This document shows, piece after piece, positions 13,756 to 25,700 of a DNA stretch of 64,000 nt. Origin of the DNA: Salisapilia sapeloensis CBS 127946 (lineage: Eukaryota > Protista > Oomycota). The stretch's first letter is position 1. Each line of letters starts with the position of its first letter. The notes beneath the pieces are model-generated. The model made no database searches. It was not told the DNA's origin and saw only the letters and a list, made by a program, of their open reading frames with translations. The DNA is taken from positions 61,423 to 125,422 of the forward strand of contig JAADVB010000021.1 in assembly GCA_023334545.1 (NCBI GenBank), written 5' to 3'. The position numbers and the translations under genes are program-made.

Positions 13756-16700
13756 TTAGCTTGTAAACTGCCACAGGACGAATGCCACACCTCTTTCAAT
13801 CCACTTGGACTTGTCCACATCACTATTTCCAGCATGCACACCGATGGTGCAGAGTAGCTCATTACGCTTACTCGTGGCGTACATCGGAAGCTGATAGTAC
13901 TCTTGCATGTCGCTTTTTAAAGCCCAACGAAGGTAGATCGGAGGCAAAGCAGTTCGGACTTGATCAGACGGCATGATGCCACCTTCCGTCCACTCCACTC
14001 CTTCAACCAACAACCCACTCACACCAAACGCCCCAGTTTCATCATGAGACTCACGTTCAGCCACAAGCGCCAGTTCATCCAGCGGACAGTCAATCGTAGC
14101 TGCCGCAAGCTGTCGAGTGGCAGTAAGTAGAGCCTCAGGAGAGAAGAACCCTCCAAGCCAGATCCCATCAGCCGACGACAGAATATAGTCCGGTGTGTCC
14201 AAAGTAGCAAGAGCACGAAACTGCGTCAGTCGTTTAGCAAAGTCAGCAAACCACTCCGTTAGCGTAAGCGTCGAGGCACCACGGAACCACGCTTGCCAGT
14301 CTGTCGGCACTTGCTCTTGGAAGAGCGGCACCATGACCGATCGAATCTCGTTGGTCGGCTTCGCTTCACCAGCACATACGCTTCGCACCTTTTCGAGCAA
14401 CGTTCGAACAGTCGATAAACACTGCTTGCCTGTACTTGCTTCCCGCAGGAGGCATCGTGAGATCGGGTCTCGAATCGCTCTCGATGTCGAGTCGGAGTCT
14501 GGTAGATGTGTCGGCAGCATATCCAGCCACGTACCTACTCGTGCCTCTAACGCCACCACCCACTTTGGACGATTTGCATTCGTCGACTGCACTTGGTCAG
14601 AAGGCAAGACAACCGACATGCTTTCTTCCGAGGCGTCTGCTCCTTCACTACCGTACAGATCCTGCATACAGTGCAAGTTCTTCAACGTATGCTCTCCGTC
14701 CTTGACAAGGATCATCGTTTCAGCTGATCGAGGCAGTCCGAGCCACGTCGGAGGGTTGGCCATAGACAGACGCTGTATACTCTCGATAAACTGGTCCTTA
14801 GACCGTCCTTCCGGCACCAAGACCTTGTCGTCTTCATCATCCACAAGCGCATACGTGGTATCGTAGCTCTGGGACGTAAAGACCTTATCAAGTAGCACAA
14901 CGAGCAACTTCTGATCAAAGTCATTATCAATACGACCTCCGTAGACACTTTCGCTCAGCGTCGTTCGGAGGGCATACCACGGGATCGAGTCGGGCGGCAA
15001 GTGCGCTCGATCTCCTGCGACCGAGTCCATCCACCTGTCGATAACGTCGCAAGCGCATCTAAAGTCGCTCTGACTGAACTCGTAGCCTTTCGACCAGCCG
15101 ACAGGAACGTACCTCAGTCGTTCCAGCACAAGCGCATGGAACCACGAGAGTAGGAAATACAGTCTCGATCGTTCCGCCGGTGCTTTTTCCATCCGACTAG
15201 AACTCACGCCATCCAGCGATCGCAAGAGATTCATCTTGACACCAGTCGGAGGCTCTACCACTACTCTGTCGCACACCCGGAGTAGATTGACAGGTAGTTT
15301 CGGATGAATTTCACTCGTCAGGAAGAGTCTAAAGCCACTATGTGTGCTCTCACGTGCGTTAAACAGTTTTTTCTCTAACGACACGAGCCACTCTGGGCAC
15401 AAATGGACATTCCGAAGCAACAGCCACGTTCCATACTTTTGTGCTGTTTGCAGGTGCTTTTCCGCCGCTTCAAAACCCTCGGCAGATCCCATCGAGACCG
15501 ACTGATACTTCTTCTGCATCGTCTCCGCGAGAGCATCGACCTCCGATCCAGCGGCGAATCCAGGCTTGGAGCACAAGAGCACTGCTCGAGAAGGATGCAA
15601 CGAGTTCTGGGCGACGTGTCTCAAGTCCACGTCTCCTCTCCATGGGAAGTTGCTTCCGAAGACTGCGTCCACAAACGTCTCGGCAGCATACACAAGACGA
15701 TCAGGTCGAGTATATCGAATGAGGATCAGTCGACGGAAAGCAGCACGTCGAGGACTCTCTTCTTTGACGTAGGCATCGTCCCATCCGCTTGGTACATGTC
15801 TCTCTGCCTGAGGATGCTGCATGAACGTCACCCATTCGTCTGCATGCGTTTGAATATGCTCCACCAAGTGCTTAAAGGATGATAGCTGCAGCAGCTTTAG
15901 CATCCGATCGACATCCAGAGTATTCAGAGGCGAGAGGAGAGTCATCATCTCTTCCCTTAACGCTGATGCTTCGGACGATAGGAACGTCGGCATCGTGCTC
16001 AGCAATATATCCACCTCTTCATCCGACGGAGCGTCAATGTTCTTGGTACTCGCACCATCCGTCGCGTCTTTGCTCTCCATGTCAAACTCCAGATAGACTT
16101 GAGCGAGTCGCATCGCAAACATGAGCTTATCTTCTTCCAGCAGCCCTGGACTCACCAGCGTGCTTACTTGGGAGAAGAGCTTGTTGGCTAGACTAGTCAG
16201 GCGTTGTCCTCCTGTAGCCGCATCTTTCTTGCAAGACGATAGAACGCTCGACAAGAGACTTAGAAAAACACTTAGCGAGTAGTGATACAGATAATGGACG
16301 GACGATAGGTTGTCCAGTGTAAAGAATAGTCGAGCGCATGCGAACGCCAGAGGTCGATAGCGCATCGTGGCGTTATTCACCTGCGCCATAGTAGACTCCG
16401 TTTCGCGCGACTGCTCGGCAATATTCGCTGCTTCCGACTGCGTCTTCTCCAGCGCGTTGATGACCGAGTCGTCATCTAAAATGTTTCCTCGAACGTCATT
16501 AATTTGCTGCAGGACCGAGTCCTCCAGCTCTCTCAGCTTGGCCTGATATTCTCCCTGCAGTTTCAACAGATTCCTTCGCTTCTCCTCCACTTCTGGCTCC
16601 TCACTCTTCAGCAACATACTCAGCGCCTGTCCCTGGAGAGAGCTCGGTGTGACTGTAAAGTTGACGAACGTGACGCGACTGCTAATGTCCGGAGGGAACC

Positions 16701-19700
16701 GAGTGGACGGGTCTCTCGTGATCAAGAAGAGTCTAAAGTCAGGAGAGTAGTCGATCTCTTCTCCTCCGATGCGAATGAGCACTCTCCTCCCGGTCTTGTA
16801 CAGCTCTCGATTCAGCACTGGGTTCAACACCGGGTCAATGCGCTCGACGTCATGCACCAACAAGGCTGTTCCAAAGCGAATGGCGCTCGCCAGCACTTTC
16901 ATGAACGACTTGTCTAGGAAGGAAGTTTCTGTGATCTTGCCTTTAGACGTCATGGCGTAATGCCGCAGGATGAACGTCCGAGCTTGACTAGACGGATCGA
17001 TGATCAACGGGAACCTATTGAAACGTTCGAGGATAATAGCGTTCTCATAGCACAAGTCGTCTGCAGGGAGCTCACTCGCCTGCCACTCCAGCTGCTGATT
17101 CGGACGAGACAAGTAGTCGACAAAGCTGAGCTGCGCCTCGGTCTTGATCCCCATGCTAGATAAAATATCCTGCCAATCCTGACTGAGGATCTTGCGCTGT
17201 TGGAAGTCGAGGAAACCGACGTACGTGAGGAAGGCAGCACTGAGCAACGTGTTCCCCACCAACGTTTCCATCTGCGCTTCGAACGACGTCGAGCTATTCT
17301 CCCAACGCTCACTCTCTTGCAGTAAGCTATCTAAGAGCGCCTCCGACCGCTCGACCTTGGTCTTCACTTGACTCATATCGCTCTTAATCCGCTCACTCTC
17401 ACTCACGAGCGCAGCGTACTCGGTCTTGTACTTTGCGATCCGCTGCTCGAGTTCGTTAATCGTCGCATCTGCGTCCATCACATCTCTTCGTAAACCAGCA
17501 GACTTGTCCTCGAGCTGCTGGACTTCATCTCGCAACGGCTGAATCTTGTGCAGAATCTGCGTGTAGCTCAGCTGAGACGTAATCCACTTGTACAATGGAC
17601 CACACGCCTTGGACGCGCGATTCACCTTCTCATACTCAAACTCGTCTGTCTTATCAACGTAATTCACCTGCACCGTCTGCCGTTGTCTCGGCGTCAGTTT
17701 CTCCGAGTCAAAGTTCACGACTTGCGAGATAAAGTCGTCTCGTCGGATAAACTTGCGCAGGTCTCCCCATTCGAGACTCTTCTCCCCAAGCATCACAGCC
17801 ACCGCCTCGAGCGTCATGCGCACGGCGGCAGGAGGTCGAGCCAACGCTCGGAGCTCGTCCAGCTGCGCCTTCCGGATCGAATTCACAGACGCCTGAGCCT
17901 CGATCAGTGCCGGCTCAGCCTGCGCCAAGTCCGCCTCGACCGTTTCCTTTCTAGAACTGATTTCAGCGTCCTGCTGCTCCAACGCAGTGCGTAGATCCGC
18001 CGTTTCCCTCTGCTTTTCCTCTGCCTGGTTCTGCTCTTTGACCATCCGCTGGAGCGTCTCATTCGCTTCCTTGTCCTTCTGCGTCAAGTGTTTCTCCTTG
18101 ACACTCAGCTGCGCCTGCAGTTCCGCCACTTGCTTCCTCGTGTCCTTGAGCTTATCCACTCCGACGTTGAGATGAAGCTGCTGGTCTTCTAACTGCGACT
18201 TCTTTTCGCTAAACAACTTGATAAAGTGTCTGATGAACTCGAGATAGTCTCGAGGAGAAATGTGGTTGTACTGAAGATGACGCTGCTGCAGACGTTGCAT
18301 GTGATGCAGGACCATGTGATGCATCTGGACAATTGTCGACACCAGAGCGTCTCGGAATGAAGGCTCGGAAGACGTCGTCACTCGCGTCTGTTCAATCAAG
18401 TCACTCGCTTCCTCCTTCAAAGAGAAGTTTTTACTCGCATCTGCCACATCCAATGGTCTCGTGAACTCATACGCGACCTGCGCGAGTGCATGGTCATCCC
18501 ACGTCCCAAACCAGTCGACGACACATCGATTGAACAAGGCGGGAGACGTATTCGTTCGACTGCGAAAGTCTCCCGTCGCAGGGTTCATCGTGAACACAAC
18601 GTGCAAGTTCCGTTGCACCTGTCTCGTAAAGTACTTGAACAGCTCATCTTCCGTGTTCTCCACCATGACACCATCTCGCTGAACACTTTCTCGACAAGCA
18701 TGCATCAACGACACGTACTCATCGTCTTCAAACAGTCCCGGGACTTCTCCAGACGCCAAGAGAGCGTTCATACGCTCCAAGAAAGCAGAGTCAAGAACAT
18801 TGGACTCGTCAAAGATGAAGCAAATCTTCTCTCCGTCGCATCCGCATCGCTTGAGGACCACACGCAAGTCTTCGTCAAAGTTCTCGAGCGTATAGGACGA
18901 CGTGAGTTTGATCTGGAAGACAGACATGCCGTTGATCCAACTGACGAAGCGAGAGAGCACAGTCTTTCCAGCCCCACTCTCGCCCACAAGCAGCAAGTGA
19001 CCCAGCGGCTGCCGCAGCACTCGATCGATACGAAGAACGTGATCCAAGACAGAGTCAAAGACCACCAACTGGACGTCCATCTCTTCCTCATTAAACGTCC
19101 TCAATCGCGCTTCAATATGCTTCCGAAGCTCAGAAGGCGACACTTGCGCATACGTCTTGGACAGCCACGTACTAAAGAGCACTGGGTTGTTTCCATTCAA
19201 GTCGATCGTATCTAACTCCGACATCACTTGCGGGAACTCATTCGCCAGAATCTCCTTGGACGTTTCAAAGCACCACGTCTGCTCTTCCTCTCGCACCAGT
19301 CTGTCCATGAACAACCGTAGTGACTCATGCAGCATAAGCTTGATCAATGTTTCCACGTCAATCTCGAACTCGAGAGGCTGAATAGCTTCATACAACGCTC
19401 GCACCCACCTCGACAGTTCTCTCGGACTGTAGATATAATGAGGCTGGACATCTGCCGTGAACTTCTTCTGGTTCCGGTCGTAGATGTCGACCATGGCGTC
19501 CGTCAGAGGCTGACTATAAGACTTGAGGGACGGAGCAAGCTTCAGAAGCGCGTGGTTGAACGTCCCGTAGATCTGCTTTAACGAAGTGTACGACGGGAAG
19601 TCCACGAGCATTACGGGTGCATGACGGAGGAGACGATGCGAGAGAGGGTGGCGTCCAGGGTCTGTCGGAGGATTACACGCACCAACGAACTGGATGTGAT

Positions 19701-22700
19701 CCAGCTCGACCCAGACGTTCTTCTTGCCATGCCAAAAGCCTCGGTGCTCGATCATCTGTCGAAGGAATGAGATCACTCGCTGTGTACCATACGCATCTGG
19801 CTCTGGCAAGTTGATTTCATCGCAAAAGACCACGAGCCACTTGTCTAGGACCTTGGGCGTCAGTGTATACCCATTCCGAGTGCGTTTATATTCGCAGTAC
19901 TGAGCGAACGTCTTGAGGATCAAGTCCACGGACGTTCCAGAAGAGAAATTAAGACTCGCAAACTCAAATTCCGGTAAAGAGCTCAGTGTCGACGTCAGCG
20001 TCATCGTCTTACCACTACCTGGTGGTCCACACAAGATCAACGGACGGTGTTGCGAAAGCCAGCCGCGAAGTACCTCGACATGCCGCATCGTGTCGACGGT
20101 CGTGACGACGATATCAGTCGCTAGAATCTGCTGCGGCTCCAGTTCCATCTGAGGCACCGAGAGCTGCCACAGACGCCACTCGCCACTTTCCACGACCACT
20201 TCATAGTCCAGGAGAGTAGCTCCGTCAGAGAACTCTGGGAAGGAGACACGACTCTCCATCGTCCGCACCACTGTCTCGGACAATTTCTCCCTATTCTCCT
20301 GATTCATAGACCCTCCGAGACCCCACACAAGCGAGAATGCAAGCCACTTGGGCACAAACGTTGCGATTTGGTCCGTTGTAAGCGGCAGATATGCATGTCC
20401 GTCGTTATACTCATGTATCTTGGCTAGACCTTGACGTACGAGTGCAAACGTCGAGTTCAACAACCTCAAGCGAGTGACGTCCATGACATGCTCCAACGTC
20501 GTGGCTTCTTCCAGACACAGCTCGACAAGAGATGGAGCATCGTCACCACGGTAGATCGTCTTCTCGAGGATATCTAGATAAGTCGACAACGTTGCACGTG
20601 TCGTCTCGGACTCAAACTGCTGAGACGATAACGGTGTACTGGAAGCATCAAGACCAATGGTATCAAAAAAGTGCGCCACGTAGTCACAGACACGAACCGT
20701 TTCGTCCGTGAACCAGACCATGCCACATCTACTGACTGTCGCCAAGGTAGCATGCTTGAGCGTCTCGGTCTCCATGATGATCCAGACGTTCGACGGAAGC
20801 GCTAGACGCTCTCCAGAAGGCAGTGTAAGCAGTCGATTATCATCGAGCACAGAGTTAAGGTTCTCCGCCCACTCTGGATCCACATCGCCATCAAACACAA
20901 TCCACTGGAGACGATCCTTTTCACCTCGAACATTGTTCAGAATCTGTCGTAGCGTCTGCGTAAAGATACCATCCGTCCACTCCAACGTCGCACTATCGAG
21001 AGAACCATACAAGCTTTCTTTCGACACAGCCTTCGGGTCAATCACATGTGCATCCGCCTTCCTCCCATCCACTTCCTCCAACGCTTCTAAAAGTACTCTC
21101 CAAGCGCTCGTTTTGCCCGTCCCAGAGGACCCGACGAGCATGACGCCATGTCGCAGCTGCATGACGCGATACAACTGCATAGCTTTCTCCACCCACGTCT
21201 CGTGCGACACGAACTTGTGCTTGGCAGCGACCTCGATGACCTTTTCATACAGCTTCGGCTCTCTCGTCTTCATCGCGGACGCATGTGGGAAGACTCCATG
21301 CAACAGCGCTTCAAAGATCGGACTATCCTGCGCCACGAGTTTCGGAAGAATCGTGTCTCGAATCGACTCGATAAGCGCCTCCGTCTCGAGCTCCTCCACC
21401 TCCATTTCTTCATCCTGAAGACGCATCTTTCGCTTAAGCTGTCCGGCACTCACCAAGACGCTCTTCAACGCTCTCAATCCAAAGTCATAGTGAGGCTCCT
21501 TGGACAATTGATCCGAGCTCAGACTAAAGAGCAGCACCACCTTCGGAGCAATCGCTTCTGCCGACACGATGCCTTGAGAGAAGAGCATCACCCTCGCAAT
21601 AAGCTCTCGATCCGGCGCCACCATCGCAATGCTGCGGAAGAGTTGCTTGAGATTATCCGGCAGATTGGATCGACCAGCGTACCCTGGGTTCATCGTCACA
21701 AAGATCCCGACGTCCTGATGCAGCTGGACAGTCTTCCCCAACAACTCAATGGACGAACTGCTCTTCTTACTTCCCGAAAGGACGCTCTTCTGACCTGCAA
21801 TCCCGTGCTGGATCGTAAGGATCTGCTGCGAGACGGCAGATAGCACTCGTTCCTCCAGCCGATTAAACTCGTCAAAGCAGCCCCACGCACCTACTTGACA
21901 CAAACCGACAAAGATGCGACCCATCGCCTGGAAGTCAAAGTGTTCGTCGCAGTTGAACACGAGGACGAAGCGACCTAACTGCGCCCCAAGCGCTTTTACA
22001 GACTCCGTCTTCCCTGTCCCGGCCGGACCGAACGGACTGCCGCCAAGACCCAGGTCCAGCGCCTGTGTCAGCGTCAGGTAACAGCGTTCAATCAGCGGCG
22101 TTTGCACCAGTCGCTCTCCGACGCCGAGGTACTCGAATCCGTAGGTAAAGTCTGCATTCGAGACGCTAACCACCAGCCTCTGAAGTGGATCCTTTGCATT
22201 CGGATTAAAGTAATGCCGCATGTGATACAGCCAGTTAAAGTGCTGAACACTATCCACTTGCTTCTCAATCAGCTGACGCGTGACGTTCGTCTGGTGGACA
22301 ATCTCCGTGATCAAGTGCTCATACTTCTTCCGGACATTCACGTCTGCATCGGAAATCACACAGTCGCTTAGCAGTCGTAACGACTCGGCTAAAGAAGTTT
22401 CGACGTCACTCATATGACTATCAGAAGACTTACACGCCTTCTCCACCTGCCTACACCAAGTGATCTGGATGACGAGCACCACCACTTGAGCAGGGAAGGC
22501 AGCCACCCATTCCAAGAACTTTTTTCCTTCGCCAACCTCCGGCAGTTTCTTCAGAGCTGTACCGACGAGATCTGATAGAGTGCGTCGCATCTGAGACTCG
22601 ACCTGTCCAAGCCAGTCATGGATCTTGGAAGCGTCTTCCACTTTGATCTCTTGGTTAAACATAACGACTTCTCCTTCCCTCGACACCATCCCACTTACCG

Positions 22701-25700
22701 TCCTTCCATCCTTAAGCTCTAGAGAAGCAATCCCAGCAAACATCTTGGACAAGTGACGTTGGATCTGCGTCGGCTCTTTGCTATTGCCGATAATCTCCAG
22801 CAGATCTTCATCTCCGACAAAGTAGAAGCGAGGAAACTTATTACGCTGACGCTCCAAGTACTCTCCAAGCGCTCTCTGGATGTTATTCATCATCTCCTGC
22901 TGTCTCTCGAGCGAGTACAGGAGATTCGGGATATTGGCAACATCTAGAATCATCGGCTTCTGCGCCACACGCTTCATGGTCGTCGTGAACTCATTGTCGA
23001 TATTCTGGAAACGAGCGTACTCCTTCGGTAGCTGCTGCTTAATATCCGCTGCACCAAAGAAGATGCCTTCTAAATACACCCACCGTCTCTGGACATCGAT
23101 CCACAGATCCAAGATCGACCGAATTCGCGTGAGCTTATCCTCCCATCCGCTCGCCACTTCGCTAAAGACGCGATAATATGGCGACTGCTTCATGTTCACC
23201 AAGCTATTCAAGTGTTCTTCGAGCTTGGCAAACATATCGTCCCACCCGCGAATCACTCGACATCGATTCTGATACACACCGAGATCTAGCTCAAACGACG
23301 TCCAAAAGTCCGATACTTGCCGCAAGAACTCATCCAGTGCCATTTCACCATGTGCACCTCGAATCACTTCTCGAAGCTCCGACGTTGCACTCAACTTCTT
23401 CTGCGCCTCCCAAAACGTCCCGAGTGTCATGTCACCTAGAGACGTCGAGATACGAAGCAATTGTAGAATGCGTTTCCAATGACGATCTTTAATCGCGTCC
23501 GAACGTAGATCCGATAGCAACGCATGCGCAGACTGTCGAGCTTGGATGGCACTCACGTACTGGTCGAACGCTTCGTACTGCTGTACGCGACTCGGGAATC
23601 GACGCAGCTCCTCCAGCATAGACTCTAGCTCCTTACGGACCTTCCGCGGCTGCACAGCCGACCACGGCGTGTCGTGCACATCCTCCATCTGCGTCCACAC
23701 GTTCGCAATGCACTGCCACATCTCTTCTAGTCCATGCAACTCCTCCGTCACGCGGAGTATCGCTCCACTCGGTCCTCTCCTGTCGTCGAATCCAAAGCTA
23801 TCTGCAGAAGTATCCGTGACACTCATCGCCTCCAACGCCGCTCTCAACCTCTCGTCGTCCTGTTGCAACTGCTTGAACCGAGTGTCGTACACTGTAAGCA
23901 GATCCAGCGCCTCTTTAGGCTCATGACTCCCTTGCAACGGCTTGGCAGCGTCCCATTCGCCCACTGCCTTGTTCACCTTCTTCTCCAGCATTGCCTTTTC
24001 ATCCAGCACCTTGGCCTGCAGCTGCGGCAGCTGTCCTTCCATCGCAGCGCTCTTCCGGTCGAGCAACTGGGTGAACGCCTCCCACTCGCCCTCGACGTTC
24101 GCCAACGACGGCCAGTCCGACGGGAATCGGAATCGCTGCTTCTTTAGCAGTCGCTCTCCTTCTCCAAAAGCTCCCACTTGGTTCCCGTACGTCTCCCGCA
24201 CACTGCTCATCTCTTTAATCAGGGTAATAGCAGCCACGACCTGAGAGGTAGCTGCTTCTAGCCCATGTTGCTCCAGCAACGTCCGTTTGGAAGATAAAGC
24301 GTCGTAAAAGTCGTTCATCTGGTCTTGCAGAAGCTCTCCATAGTGCGCTAGGAACTCATTATGCCAGACATCGTACTTGACGTTCACTTGTGCCTGCACT
24401 TGCTGGTAGTCCACGATGATCGGACCGAAGCGTTTGGACGTATGGACCGCGTCTAAGCCACTTCGTTCGCTCTTGATCTCCAAGAGGATCTGCTGCCACT
24501 TGCTTAGGTCGTCACCGACGCTGCTGACGGCAGTCGAGGCGTCCATATCCCACAACGCCTGGTACTGCAGCCACGTCGAAGCGTACTTGTCGACATCATG
24601 AATCACTTGGTTCACTGCCGCATAAGCTTGTTGAATGAGATCTGGAGACACGGAAGACAGCACCTCTCGGAACGTCAGCTCCTGTCGCATCGCTAGTCTA
24701 GATACTCCTTTCGACGATCCGGTGCGATACACATTCTCATACGATGACGCCTGGATCTTGGGCAAGTCACAGACCGAGTTGATCAACTGCTGCAGCTCTG
24801 CGATCCAGACCGTCCGTGCTTCACTCACAGCAGGCGCGAGGTACAGCGTCTGGTTGCGCAAGAGGATCTGATGCGTCTGGAGCTCAATCCCGAGCGTCTC
24901 GAGTGCAGATTCTCTCGCCTCCACGTCCATCATGTCAAAGCAAGCAGTCCATGTCGACAGTCCAGTCTCTAGCTTCTTCACGAGTGTTTGGGAGATGATC
25001 TTGTTGATGTTCATGGCAAAGACGCCCAGATTGGAGTAGTTTGCTAGACTCAGCGCGTCCATGTGGCTCTGGATCTGCGTCAACAGAGGCTGGATGTCCC
25101 CACCATCAAAGTGATCTAGCGCCTTGAGCTTATCCAACAGCCCTTCAATCTCACTCGACGTACCTAGTAGCTCCTGTACCTTATCATGGAGCTTCTCCAC
25201 TTTCAAAGCCAGATCTGACACGTAGTCCTTCAACCCATCCGCATGCCAACGTATCTCATTGCCCTTTGCAAACGTCTTTCCGATCGTATTTCGAACGTCT
25301 CGGACGAACGGAGCTGCAAGTGGCTCGAACACAGGCTGAATGCGACTCACGGCAGCTCGATACGTCTTTAAACTAGCATCTAGAGACATGGCGAACGGGT
25401 ACTTGGACTTGGCATCCTCGGCAATCATCTTGACACTAAACGGCACGCGATAGCCCAACCACTCGAGGTTGCGTACTTCCTTAAAGAGCGTCACGATCTG
25501 ATCGTTGAATGCCACGACGATCTTCTTCCGCCGCTTCCCACGTCCATTCTCTTCCGTCACGATATTCAAAACAATGTTCTTGATGTCAAAGATCGGCATC
25601 GACGCGAGGTCACGCACCCACTCATCAAACACTTGCTGTGGATTCAACTTCTCTAGAAACGCTTCCGTCGTCGCTTTCAGTGCCTTGCCTTCCGCATGCT